A DNA stretch of 64,000 bases, taken from the human T2T-CHM13v2.0 reference genome, Homo sapiens. The DNA lies in NCBI RefSeq assembly GCF_009914755.1, contig NC_060925.1, one strand, 5' to 3'. Below, piece after piece: positions 39,445-54,759 of this stretch (the first letter of the stretch is position 1; the number at the start of each line of letters is the position of its first letter). The position numbers were made by a program, and so were the translations under genes. The notes under the pieces were generated by a model that saw only the letters and a list, made by a program, of their open reading frames with translations, was not told where the DNA came from and did not search any database.

Positions 39445-40171
39445 TGGAATGAATTGTGTTCCCTCCCCTCCCAAATTCATATGTTGAAGCCCTAACTGCC
39501 AACGTGATGGTATCTGGAGATGGGGCATTTGGGAAATAATTAGATTTAGAAGAGATCATGAAGGTGGGAGACTCGTGATGGGATTAGTGCCCTTTTAAGA
39601 AGAGAAAGAGTCAGGTGCAGTGGCTCTTGCCTGTAATCTCAGCACTTTGGGAGGCCAAAGCAGGAGGATCGCTTGAGTCCAGAGTTTGAGACCAGCCTGG
39701 GCAACATGGTGAGACGCCATCTCTATAAAAATAAAAATAAAAAATTAGCCCAGTGTGGTGGCACACACCCATAGTCTCAGCTACTTGGGAGGCTGAGGCG
39801 GGAGGTTGAGGCTGCAGTGAGCTATGGTTCTCATCAGTGCACTCCAGCATGGGTGACAGAGCAAGACTGTCTCAAAATGAAAGAAAAAACAAGAGAGAGA
39901 GAGAGATACACCAGGGCTCTCTCTATGTCCTGTGAGGACACAGCAAGAAGGCAGCTGACTGCAAGCCAGGAAGAGAGCCCTTACCAGGAACTGAAGCTGT
40001 CAGCACCTTTATCTTGGACTTCCCAACCTACAGAACTGTGAGAACTAAATGTGTGTTGTTTAACAGACATTTTGTCTATGGTATTTTGTTTGTTGTTGGT
40101 ATTTGTTGACATTTTGGTATTGGTGTGTTGTTTGTTGGTATTTTGCTATCAGCAACCCGGCAGACTAATAT
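39445..40171 (+). mobile_element. MST/MLT1A-type MaLR LTR with AluJ insertion
   Basis: ccaaattcatatgttgaagccctaac...gaactgtgagaactaaat...cagactaata. Confidence 0.75.
39610..39890 (+). mobile_element. AluJ
   Basis: Dimer with internal deletion inside the MaLR LTR. Confidence 0.85.
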
Positions 40172-41284
40172 AGATTTATATGTAAACATATATTTGAATA
40201 GGAACCCTGCAGAAGCCACATAGCTGGTTTTACTGATGCAAAGAGCCCTATGCTACAGTATGATGAGGTGAAGGGCTTACATTTCCCTTTCAGCAGTGGT
40301 ATCCACTCTCCACAGCGTAGACTTGGAGAAGCCACTTGACTCTCATCTTAGATTCCTGCATCTGTAAAATGATGAACTAGATGATACCCAAAATTTTAGA
40401 TTCTATCCATCTTATGGTTGGAATAACAGCCCACCTTCTAGGTCAATTACACACACAGGTGTGCTGATGCTTAGGGTGGCAGAGAGGGTGTCCCACAAGT
40501 AGACACTGATTATCCTAACTGTAACTTTCAAATGGAAAATTAATTAAATCTCTAAATTTGGATTTGGCTTCCTAGTTAGCACTGTTTCCTTCCTGGAAAA
40601 GAAATAGTTATGTGTCAGACAGAACAGCCCCCTCTGATCATTTTTTTCCTTCTTCCTTGCATTATTGTTAGCTCTGACTGTGCAGCTCTCCTGGTGTCTC
40701 TCCCTTTCTAGATAACAGCCTAGAAAAAGGAGCTTATGGTTTCCCTGAGGTTCTTTTGATAAATGGCTGACATTTGATTGAACCATTCTCATTTCACTTA
40801 TTTTTCACTTTCACAGAAAAACTGTAGTAGGTATAACAGCACAAGGTAATCATTTTTAAATTATTCAGACATTTTTAAAAATTTGATTCTGCTTCTCTCA
40901 CCTCTGAAAGATGTTACTGGGGTGTCTTGGTTGCAAAGATTCATTCAAGTTCTTTTGCTTTTGGATTCTCCATATTCTCTGAGGAAGTGACTGCATCTAA
41001 GACTGTGTCCAAGGAAGCATCTTATCACTTTCATCCTTTGATCCCTGAGTGCCTTTCACTACCAGATATACTAAAACAAAAATCTTCTCTTAGCTCCCTG
41101 GTGCAGTGGAGTTGAGGGATAACCACAAAGAATTCAGAGTACATCACATAACGGAACTGTCAGGAAGCTTTTGATGGCAGAAACATATTTTCCTGGTGAT
41201 GAGATTAGAAGGATCTTCATATAACCATCAGATATGTTATTGTCACTTCTGAACAATGCTTTTTATAGCAGATTGTTTCTCAAA

Positions 41285-41930
<646 letters not shown>

Positions 41931-43848
41931 ATTTTCACAATGTATTTTTAAGAGGGGGAAGGTACAGAAACATATGTAAGGAGTTTCATTTGTTTAATAT
42001 ACAATTAGTGACACAGGTTGCATCTGGGGAGGAAAATTAGGGAACAATTTTTTGTTGTACACCTTTATCTTTCATTGTATCTCTTTCAAAACCTTTTGTA
42101 CCATTTGTGTGTATTGTGTATTTTAAAAATTAATTTAAATTTCAACAACCGTTATAGTGATGCAAAAAACCCTATAGAAATAACAGTTTACATTCAATTT
42201 TGCTATATGTCAGGTACTGATTTTTCAACCACAACCTTGTAAGATACGTGCTATTATCATCCCCACTTCACAGGGGGAAACCTGTGGTAGAGAGAAGCTG
42301 AATAACTTGTACAAGGATTCATACCTAATCAGTAGCAGAGCTCAGATTTGAACCCAGGCAGCCTGTTTCCAGAGACCATACTTTACCCACCATTCTATAC
42401 TGCTCTGAGGTCACAGACCTCCATGATGAACTCTTAATTGAGTGCAGTCAATAGGAAACTCAGATAAACTCAGATGTACAAGAAATATCTCACTTCTTCA
42501 TTTGCTTTTCACCTACTTAACTCTGACTCTGAGTCCCCATCCAGCTTGATTGGCAGAAATTGTAATCTCAGTCATTATTTGGACTCTCCACTGCAAGGGT
42601 TTTTCAAGGTCCTGGAATCTTACATGGCACCAAAGCTTGGCAGAGATCCTGCCAGTTGTCAATACATACTGGTTACCACTGACATGTCCATTGCAGTCCA
42701 GTACTCTCCTGCGGCCATGTGTAGTCCTACTCACCCTCACCCATAGACTGAAAACTTCCTTATATTCTTGGGAAATTTTCTCCTTTCCTTTTCCTGCTGC
42801 CTTCAAAGACATTGATAATACTATCTTCATTGAGTTCAGGTTTTATCTACAGACAGCTAGATCATTCTGCAAAATATCTCTAAGGTAAGAAATTACTAAG
42901 GGCCTACCTAACTCACTTAGATCAAAGGGGTAGAGAAAGTACAGAAAGTAGACAAAGAAATTAATATTTCAATAGATTATCCTGCCACAGAGTCATAGCC
43001 ATGAAAAACAATAACTTTGGATTTGGAATTTACCTCCTACCTCAAGTTTCCCTCTGCAAGTGTTTGGACTTGCATGTTATGGAATGATGATTGTAATGAA
43101 CCATGCCTTCTATTGGTAGCAGATTTTGACTGAGATATAGGACAGTTAACAACTGCAGTTTGAATGCAAAGGCAGACAGAGTACACTTTGCACAAGGGAC
43201 AAAGAACTGATAGGGAAACAAGGACAGTCTCCTTTTACACCTTAAAAATCCTCAAATAAGAACCTGGCTTCTGCTCAGCTAACCGACACATAAGTGCAGA
43301 AAAAAAGACAAGATTGGAATCCAAGGAAGGAAATGTTAGAATCCAAGGGCCAGGAATCAAAGAGAATATATTTAAATAGAAACCAGGTTGATATTAGAAC
43401 TTTGGGATGCCTAGAGTAGGCGGGAAAAAGATGTATGATCTAAGCACAGGATATTTCGAATACAGGAGCTTGGATAAGAAGTCTATCCCAAATTCCATCT
43501 GCCACCAATGAAAGCAGAAAGGAAATACGTAATGAGAGCCAAGCCATGGGGAAATAGTCCAAGATGGGTGTGCCTCCTGTGTATTTAGTAATCATGTCCA
43601 GCTCAGCAAATCTGAGTTTCTTTATTCCTTGAGCCACTGTCCATTTTAATGAACAGGGAACATTTGATCTCAAGCAGCTTCAGAAACTCAATTTTCCCCC
43701 AGCCTTTGTCTAGGTTTTATAGAGGAAAAGGTATAGTTGCAGTACTGGTTGATATTTGCTTGTGAGAGCTCTTGGGCAGGTAATTCTTGATCCTTTGCTC
43801 CACCTAGTGGATTTCCAGGCTAGAGAGACTCTGGAAAAGAGATCAGTG

Positions 43849-44030
43849 ATCAGAAGGGTGTACATTTGCTGATAAATGAGACTTACCAGTCAGTTTCTGG
43901 ATTATCGTCAGTTTCTGGATTATCGTCTGTTTCTTTACTGACGATACCCGATTCCATCCCAAAGTGTCCTTGTTTGAATTGATTGAAATCTTTCATTTAT
44001 TTCCATTAATGCCAGATGTGTAGCTGTAAG
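43849..44030 (-). repeat. Inverted repeat arm A (non-TE, exon-like, with internal 18-bp tandem duplication)
   Basis: Reverse complement of 47152-47316 at roughly 90% identity by eye; gtcagtttctggattatc occurs twice. Confidence 0.92.
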
Positions 44031-44544
44031 TCATCAAAATCTAATGCATTCCTTTTCTCTCTTCTTAATATATAAATAACATTATATAATCAGGAGACCC
44101 ATATCAGCACAAGAAAGCATATTCTACTTATAATTATATCCTCTGAGGGCCAAACACACTCAAACCTCAACAGAGTCATTTAATTAAACAATGACCTACC
44201 TGCTTAACACTTTGGGGACTCCTTTGAACAATAATTGGTTAAAGAGTCATAGGACCCTTTCTCAAGAAGTTTCACATCCAATTATAAAAACAGATGAAAT
44301 AACACTGGAAAGCAGGGCGACGCTGAAAAATTTCAGGTAGAAGAGAATTCAGAGCTGACTCTTACACAATATCCATATGTGGAGATAAAATTAGTGTTAA
44401 TGTAGGTTTAAGCCATTAGAGTTACAACATAAATTTGACAATCTATGCTTACTTGCTGGCTGACCATGTCCCTGTCAGTTACCAGCCTTAAAGGCTACCA
44501 AGGCATTATTCTTTATTCCTTACCTATATTTAATACTTACTTTT

Positions 44545-44948
44545 TGTTATGGGTTGAATTGTGTCCCCCAAGTATTCATATGTTGAAGTGCTAACCCTCA
44601 GTCCCTCAGAATGTGACCTTATTTGGAGATAGGGTCTTTATAGAGGTAATCAAGTTAAAATGAGGTCATTAGGGCATCTCTACTCCAATATGCCTGCTAT
44701 CCTTATAAAGAGGGGAAATTTGGAGACAGATGCACACAAAGGAAGAACACCATATGAAGATGAAGATGGCCCTCTACAGGCCAAGGAGAGGAGCCTGGAA
44801 TGGATTCCTTCCTCACTTCCCTCAGAAACAACCAACTCTGCTAATACCTCGATATTGGGTTCCCAGCCTCCAGAACTGTGAGAAGATAAATTTCTGTTGC
44901 TTAAGTCACCCAGTTTGAAGAACTTTGAATGGCAGCCCTAGTGAATTA
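44545..44948 (+). mobile_element. MLT1B-like LTR
   Basis: tgttatgggttgaattgtgtcccc...gaatgtgaccttatttgg...ggcagccctag. Confidence 0.8.
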
Positions 44949-46485
44949 GTTCAATTGCCTCTGGCAAATGAATAAGAAGCTCACTGCAAAAATGAAATTA
45001 ATCCACCGAGTGCTAGAGTTGGACGGGATCTCAGAAAATGTATTGCACAATCCCCTTGTTTTGAAATAAATGCCCAAGGTCACACAGCAAGTTGGTGACT
45101 TAGTCACTCTTTTAGCTCAACTTTCAGTCCATCAACGTTCTATCACAGTCTGCCAACTATTTCAAAGATGGTGGCAAAATCAGCCAATGATGGTGATTAG
45201 ATCCAAAACTTAGTTGCAAATAATTTTTCGGGGAACTATATGCAAGCATAGGTCCTTCCTAAATATTTGCTAATGGAAGCATGTGCTAAATAGGATGCCT
45301 ACCAGAAGACTGATACCCAGCAGAATAGCTAGACAGGTAATTTGACCTCTGGCTGGGCCCGTAGGATTCATCATCCCTCCAGACAAGCACTTGGTTGTGG
45401 TAAAGATCTGGCTCTGGTTGGAAGGCTGTCCCATCCCACTGAGGGTGATTCACCAGAGCAACTTAATCATCTACGGATCAGAAGCTCAGGTTCATGTGAG
45501 CAGGGTGGGGGTTAAGGGAAAGAGAGTCTGAGTAATGCTTCACAGTGGGTGTGGGGACTTGTTATAATAGTAGGCACGCTGTTGATTAAAGTACATGACA
45601 GAAGTAATTGCCAGAGATCCCAAACCAGCCATCACCTAGCATTAGAGATGTATCTAATATCAGACAGAAAGCCTAGTTTCAACTCTGCAGCAGAGGCCTT
45701 TGAAAAGTCTCCAGAAGTAATTGGCACTTAATCAATGCAATCATTATTACAGCACATGGCTACTGCAGCTTCAGGCCCTCTTGCAACCACTGAACTGCAA
45801 AAGAGGAGACTATGTCTGTAGAATTTTACCACCAACACAACATTTGATTCACAATCTCAGACTAGACAGGAGTGAACATATTTTCATATTTATATATTTT
45901 AGAAATACAGGTTCACTGTCAATAAGAATTCAGTCTTGTATAAATGATGGTATAAACAGGGAGGGGCATTTTCCCTTTACAGAGGCTTAATCAGCATTAA
46001 TTTTGAGAGATAGGAAAGCAAAATCTACCACAGGCTGTTAAGCATTTGTTTTTCATCTAATCTTCTCAACCCTCCATTCAATATTTGGGGGAGTATGACT
46101 GTTTATCACTTGCTGAGATATGCAAGGTGCACATGCTGCTTATAATTAAGGAACAAAGAAATGTTGACTTTGCTCTTGGTCTTGCTTCATAAAGTGTTAC
46201 CACTGGGCATCAAATTGGGTGTTTAAAGGAGAATATACCTCTCTTGGAGAGTAGACACGATTTTTAGGCCTAGATCGTCTCTTCTTTTCCCCGCAGGAGT
46301 TCGTAGTTAACTTTCCATCACTCTGTAAAAGGCAATTAGAAAAAAGAAAAAGCCCAAGTTCCCCTCTTGGCATCTTGCAGAAGTCTTTCATGCATAATGG
46401 ATGAGAGGAAATGGGGAGAAAGAAAAGAAACATCCTGAAATTTAAGCACCCGTAAATGTTTTCATAGATGTTGGTAGTCTATTTC

Positions 46486-46660
46486 AGTGTTTTTCAAAGG
46501 ATATTCCCAGATTACCCACTTCAGGATAAGCTGCATTGTTGACAATGCAGATTGCCAGGCCTCAATATTAGACCTGAATCAGAATTTATGGGACTAGGAC
46601 CCTGGAATCTACATTGTTAGCAAGTGTCTCCAGGGATTCCTGTATACACTGAAATGGAGC
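46486..46660. mobile_element. MER5-like hAT element
   Basis: aatgcagattgccaggcc...gaatcagaat...ggaatctacatt...caagtgtctccagggattc. Confidence 0.6.
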
Positions 46661-46699
46661 CTACTCATCTATCTTCCATAGTCTAAACAGTGCTGTGCT

Positions 46700-47345
46700 C
46701 AGTATCTCCCTCCCTACACCTCTCCCTTGTTAATCAAATCAAGTCTCTCATATTTAAATGTCTTTTTGTATGCAGATGGCTCTCAAATTTATATCCACAG
46801 CCCACACCTCTTCCCTAAAACTCCAGAATCCTATACCCTACTGCCTGATTGACATTTAATAGGCATATTCAAAAACAAACTCTTGAATTTTCTCTCCAAA
46901 CTTGTCCTTCTTCATCTCCATAAATAGCACCATGATTACCATAAAACCTTGAAGTCACTGTTGACTGCATCCTTGGCATCTTCCTCACTTTCTCTCATAT
47001 TCATTTCCAATCCATCAGAGTACTGTCAGCTCTACTTTCAAAATATGCCCCAAATCTTCCTCTATCTCAAAGACCAGATAGGAGGCTGCTATCAAAATAT
47101 GATGTTTTGATTATATAATATATATTATATTATAGACTTGATATATTGTATACTCACAGCTACACATTTGGCATTAGTGGAAATAAATGAAAGATTTCAA
47201 TCAATTCAAACAAGGACACGTCGGGATGGAATAGGGTATCGTCAGTAAAGAAACTGACAATAATCCAGAAACGGGCTGGTAAGTCTCATTTATCAGCTAA
47301 TGTACACACTTCTGATAGCAGCCTCTTATCTGGTCCCACTGCATG
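46700..47345. mobile_element. L2 fragment disrupted by a templated insertion
   Basis: ctcaaatttatatccacagccc...ccaatccatcag...ctctactttcaaaatat, resuming at gcagcctcttatctggtccc. Confidence 0.7.
47152..47316 (+). repeat. Inverted repeat arm B
   Basis: Partner of arm A; flanked by a second 24-bp inverted repeat at 47071-47094 and 47313-47336. Confidence 0.92.
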
Positions 47346-47425
47346 TTTTCTGTATCAGCCAGAGTTCATTTGCAGATAACAGAAGCCATTCTAGCTATTT
47401 GAAGCAGAAAGGGATTCAAAACAGT

Positions 47426-47885
47426 TGTGGTAGATTGATGTTACAAAAATCCTTCCTGTTTCACCCACCTTTTTGCAATTGCCACAACTCCCATAAAGAG
47501 ATGAAGTCTATTTTTCTCTCCTTGTAAATCTGGGCTAGCCCTCGGTTTAATTCTGACCAATGGAAAGAGGCAGAACTGATGCTGTGTCACTTCCAGACCT
47601 AGCCTTAAGAGGCTTTGCGGCTCCCACTCTCACCCTCTTAGAAGAAAGCAGCCGTCCTGTAAGGAAGCTCAGGCTAGATTACTGAATGATGAGAGACCAT
47701 AGGAGAGAGAGGTCTCAGCCTTTCAAGGCATCCCTGCCAAAATCCTAGACATACGAGTGAGACAAAGTAGGGCCACTGACAGCTGAATACACCCACCTGC
47801 CTGTGGAGCCAGGCAGGATCAGCAGAATTGCCCAGCCAAACTAAGTTTTTGGGGTGCTTATTACACAGCAAGAGATAACTGAAAT
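47426..47885 (+). mobile_element. MLT1 (F/G/H-like) LTR
   Basis: tgtggtagattg...aaatctgggctagccct...ttacacagcaagagataactgaaa. Confidence 0.65.
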
Positions 47886-48284
47886 GTCACTAAATTTAGG
47901 GATTGCAAAACCATTGGAGGGTTGGTGGGGCAGGCTGTAAATGTGGCCTCCAGGAATGACTCACAGAATAACACCACAGAACTGCCCTGTTAGAAGAATC
48001 GCCGCTCCTACCATAGTCTGAAAGCTAAGGATCAAGAAGCCATCAACCACTTTCTAGCTTCAGAAACACACTATCTTAGTCATGCTCTGGACATCAGGAA
48101 GTCTCCACAAGTCTGTTGGCTTCAGAATCATACCACAGATCAATTTTAGATAGCAAAATGGATAAAGTGCTGTGACCACCTTTTCCCCACTGAAGTTTGT
48201 TCTGAAATCAAGACTTATGCAAATGCATATAACTAGCAAAAAGTAAATTATATAAACCCCTAGCTGCAAGAGAATCTTTTTAGC

Positions 48285-48593
48285 TTTTTTATTTTTTATG
48301 TTTATTTTTTGTGGCAGGGTCTTGCTCTGTTGCCTAGGCTGGAATGCATTGGTGCAAACATGGCTCACTGCAGCCTTGAGCTTCTGGGCTCAGACCTTCC
48401 TCCCACCTCAGCCTCCCATGTAGTTGGGACCACATGTGCATGTCACCATGCCCCGCTAATTTCTTGATTTTTTCTAGAGACTGGGGTCTCACTTTGTTGC
48501 CCTGAATGGTCTCGAACTCCTGGGCTCAAGCAATCCTCCTGTCTTGGACTCCCAAAGTGTGGGATTAACAGGCATGAGCTACCGCACCCAGCC
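48285..48593 (-). mobile_element. AluJ
   Basis: Antisense dimer. Confidence 0.85.
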
Positions 48594-50206
48594 CACTTTT
48601 AGCTTTTTGGCCTAGGCACTGTGGGTAGGCATAGAAGAAAGAATTTTTTTAAAAATGCTTTGTTCACTGCGTAACGCTCACAATAGTGTTCACACAAAAG
48701 AGATGCTCATTAAATATTTGTTAAATGATTGAACTAAAGTTTGATAAAGCAAAGGCATAACTTAGAAATGACTGTCTCTAGTTCGCCCAAAGTATGAAAT
48801 TCTGTATGCCTAAAACTCTCTTTCAGTAATTCTCTTTTATGAATATATTCTGGAATATCAAGAAAGATCTAGGATTCAGGATTTTTTTCAGCCCAATATT
48901 TACCATCTTTACTATAAGTGTACAACCATCCCAAGTCAGACAAGCTGAGTCTATTTGGTTTTTTTTTGTAATAAATTTTAATTGGAAAAGATGAATTTGG
49001 GAGAATGGGAAGAAGGTTTTGAAGGGCAAGCCCTTCAGTCATTTCTGCTTCCTATGGCTTTGGCCACCATCTCACTTTGAGGGCTTGTTCTTCAGGATAC
49101 TGACAGCTTGATTTCTCTGGGTAATGTCACACAAAGGAAATTAGCTCAGTATGTCTTCTACTGAATTCCATCTGTAGCTCAATGTTTGAAGGTATTTGTG
49201 AACATGACTACAGAGCAATTTTGATAAGACAAGGCAATGTTCCAGTCTCTGAGAATATTTTCCCCAAAGAACTATTTTTTAAAATACCACTGAACAGCCT
49301 GAAAACCCACCCACACATGAGCAATCTCCTGCAATATACAGAAAGCTTTTCAGGTGTCACAGCCATAATAGCAGGTGGTTCCTTTGGGTAGAAAAATTAT
49401 GGCAAGAATATAGCGACAGAAAGCAAACTGTTTTGATATTCTGGGTACAACTTTCCCCAAGTGAATCATTCCCATATGCCTACTTTTACCACGGGCGCCT
49501 TTCCAGAGGAAGTGATTTGTGTGAACGGAGGTGTAGAGATGCATTCTGGTGGGTACACTTCATTGGTGCCCATATTTAGCAGATCCAATTAATCGTCAGC
49601 TATTTGTCAACCCATTCCTCTGTAAGTCTCAAAATGCAAAATTCGAATATGAATTTGATACCTATTTTTGCTTTCCACATAACAAATACATAATCTTGTT
49701 ATGAAGATTCAGTAGTGCTCTTTTAAGGCAAGGCTGCTTCTGAAATTCCATATGAATAGATTTTTAAATACAAGCTTATAAAGAAGGCTGAGATTAGAGC
49801 AATTTGCAAAAGGCAGTCATTTAATTCACTTTTTATTATGAAATATTTGAGACATACAAATAGCTTAAAGAGCTTATTTACTCTGCTGTAAACTTTTGTT
49901 GCTTGTAAGATAAAAATCTGGACTTGTAAAAAAGACTTTGTTTCTAGATAGAACAGCAAAGTTGCAAAGTAAGAGTTTTGCATAATTTTTTTCTTTCTCT
50001 ATAGTGTATAAGACTAGCATTTTTATTGTTTACAGATAAACCAAATCTCCCTTACTGAAAAGGGAGATGTTGTTGTCCCCATCTCAATTTAAAACAAAAA
50101 TCAACTAAGCTCTAATAGGAAAAGATGTGTACAGGAAGATTGCTAATGGAAAACTTTTATTTTTACATTTTATTTGTATTTAATTTTTAAATTTTTATTT
50201 GTTTTA

Positions 50207-50617
<411 letters not shown>

Positions 50618-51119
50618 TTAGAGTGGTGTCATTTGCTAGCTGGGTGACCACGAACAAGTTCTTTAACCTCTCTGTGCCTCAGTTTCCTGATCTCTATGGG
50701 GAGGATAGGATCCATCAGTTAGGGGTTACATGTGAAGCACTTGGAACAATGCCTGGCACACAGTAAGCCCTCTATCAATGGTAACTCATTTTCTTCTTTA
50801 CCCTCAACTAGAAAGTCAGCTCCACATGACAGCAGCAATTCTGTCTTGCTTAGTTCTGCAGCCTCAGCATCTATTTTGCCCATAGTAGGCACTGAATAAA
50901 TATTCGTTGAACTAACTGGTTAATGAAAAATAACTGGGCTTTGAGGTTGAAAGTCAAAGGAAATTTCTCCTAAGTTTTATAGCTAGTGAGGGAAAAATGG
51001 ACAGCAGTTTAGAGTCAGGGAGGTAGAAGAAAACCCTAAACTAAGATGAGAAGCCTGATTGAAGTTCAGATTCTTCCAACTCTCTGGGTATTGCAATCAG
51101 GATTTTATTTCTTAATTTG

Positions 51120-51432
51120 CTCATTTATTTATTTACTTATTATTATTATTTTTTGAGACAGGGTCTCATTTTGTTACCCAGGCTGGAATGTAGTGGCACA
51201 ATCACAGCTCACTGCATCCTTGATGTCCCAGCTCAAGTGATCCTTCCACCTCCGCCTCCTGAGTAGCTGGACTACAGGCACGCGCCACCACACCTGGCTA
51301 ATTTTTAAAATTTTTGTAGACACTAGGCCTCACTTTGTTGCCCAGGCTGGTCTCAAACTCCTGGCCTCGGGTGATCCTCTGGCCTCAGCCTCTCAAAGGG
51401 TTGGGATTACGGACGTGAGCCACCATGCCTGG
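51120..51432 (-). mobile_element. AluJ
   Basis: Antisense dimer. Confidence 0.85.
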
Positions 51433-52629
51433 ACTCTTTCTTAATTTGTAAAATGGGAATGATAGCTCCCAAGGTTATTCTGAGGAGTAAATGACACTGC
51501 ATGTGAAAGCTCTTAATAAACTGTAAAGGAATATACAAAAGCATGATATAGTTAATTTCTATCTCAGTAAGTTTTTCCATTGGATGACAATAAAGGGATT
51601 CTTTGAGAGTGTTGGAAAAAGGAATCTTTAGCTAAAGATTTCGGTACTAAAAATATTCAACCCCAGAGGTACCACAGACATAGACTAATTTTTTCCATCT
51701 GTGCAGTTTAGGGTAGATTTGGCATACGCTCAATACCAGGCAAGAAAGAAACTATGGTTTAGGCTGCTTTTAAAGTTAAAAAAAAAAAAGGCAGAAAAGG
51801 AAACTATTTCCTTTTATAAGCAGGAATGTTAAAATAGGGAAAGCTTTCATCGAGCAATTCACTACTGAATCAAAACTATTTGATCCATATTCTCACCTAC
51901 CTCCCCTCACTCCGTATTTGTGTTGTGGTTAGTTGTCTTCTAGATCATGGTTTATATATCATGGTCACTTCCTCACTAAAGTTAAACAATATAGATTATT
52001 CTTAACCAGCCACATGTGACTCAGAGGTCAAAAGAGTGTTCTTTTTGGGTAATCTCTCTCAATTGCTAATACTTAAGGACCTGGTTTTCAGAACCATTGA
52101 TTATTTAAAATGTATGTCTTTAAGATTAGGCTCCACCCAAGATGCCTCCTCAGAGGCTAAGTTTGAGGTTGAGAAACTAGCTTAAGGAGAAAGATAAAGT
52201 AGCAGAAATGTCATGGCGGGTGAGCTGATGACTCACTGCCCCTTCCTTGAACTGCAAGAATGACAAAATGGAAAAGGGGAAAAAAAAAGGCAATGCCCTA
52301 CTGCAGACTAGAGGCTCCATGAAACCCAAGAAATTCCGAGAACTTGAAGAACTACATGGGTTCTTAGGGTAAAGGCAGTAAGTTTAATTTCCATGGTCAA
52401 ATTGTTAAGTGCATCAAAGAAAGGACATTAGGAAAGCTAAACTTGATTATACTTTACCATCAGAGCCATCATCCTCAATCTGATCATTTTATTCTCCTGC
52501 TTAAAAACTTCAATAACTCCACATTGCTACTGGACCAAGTCTAAACTTACAATCGTATAGTAGAATATTCTTCATAACATATAACCTTCCTTGTTAACTT
52601 CACCTTGTAATTAATTCTTTTTTTAAAAA

Positions 52630-52936
52630 AAATTTATTTATTTTTTAACTTTTGAGACAGGGTCTCACTCTGTCACGCAGGCTGGAGCGGAGTGGTCCAA
52701 TCATGGCTCACTGCAGCCTCAGCCTCCTAGGCTCAAGTGATCCTCCTGCCCCAGCCTCCCAAGTACCTGGGACTACAAGCCTGTGCCATCACCCTGGGCT
52801 TATTTTTGTATTTTTTGGTAGAGATGGGTTCCCACTATCTTGCCCAGGCTGGTCTCAAACTCCTGGCCTCAAGCAATCCTTCCTCCTCAGCCTCCCAAAG
52901 TGCTGGTATTATAGGTGTGGGTCACCATGCCTGGCC
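52630..52936 (-). mobile_element. AluJ
   Basis: Antisense dimer. Confidence 0.85.
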
Positions 52937-53526
52937 GAATTAATTTTTATTACATGTCTTGGAAGGTATGGGGGACAACTTAGAACTTCCCAAATAAGCA
53001 AGATACTTTTAAATTCCCATCAATTTGTTTACACTATTCCCTCTGCTTAAAACTCTCATCCCAGCTGGCAACTCCTAACTGCTTCAAAGCCTGCCTCAAG
53101 TATCATTTCTTCTCAGTAGCTTTCTCAATTCCTATGCTCTCTTGCTCAACTCCCACTCTCTCCTGCTACTCAGAATGATTGCTCTTTCATCTCTGGAGTC
53201 ATAGCACTTTAAGCATGCCTTTGTTAAATCACTTAACCCAATGAAATAAATGGACTCACAGAGTTCTATCCTTTCCTCAACTTACTGTGTACTCCCTGAA
53301 GGCAAGTGTGAGCATGTCATTGTACAATTCTTGCCACACTATTGGAGAATAATACAGGTGTGTTGAATTGAATGAAATATTAAAAGAGGACCAAAGAATA
53401 GATGGATCTTCTAGGCCTAGGAATTATACTAGGAGTAGAAGGTGTATCCTAAATCCATGTATGTGATTCTGCTTTGGTCTTACCAGAGTGAATGTAATTT
53501 GCTTTTATTTAAAAACAGTGTTGACA

Positions 53527-54341
<815 letters not shown>

Positions 54342-54733
54342 CCCTCAAACCACACTAGTGTCATGAATATATTTCTTTAGATAAAACTTTATTAATCAGC
54401 TTTCTGTTTAGAATTGGCTTTCCCATAATCCAGTTAACCAAAGGTAGTTGAGTAATTTGAAATATTCCCCAGCTGGAGTAGAATCACATTTGGGGCTTGC
54501 TTCAATCAGTGCACCTCTGTCTTGCTTTTGCTTTTCAGAGAGACCCTAGGTCAACCATAGCCTTTGAAGGCATGAGCTGAACGGAAACCAGATGAACTCT
54601 ATTGAATTTTAAATTTGCCACATTTCCTAGTCTAGTATTAAACTTTTCTTCTCTAGTTGAGCAAGTTAACCAAAGAAGTATATATATATTTTTTCTCTTA
54701 TAGATTATGCTCACCTAAGAACTTGAGGTTACA

Positions 54734-54759
54734 ACACACACACACACACACACACACAC
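54734..54759. repeat. (CA)n microsatellite
   Basis: About 13 AC units. Confidence 0.95.
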
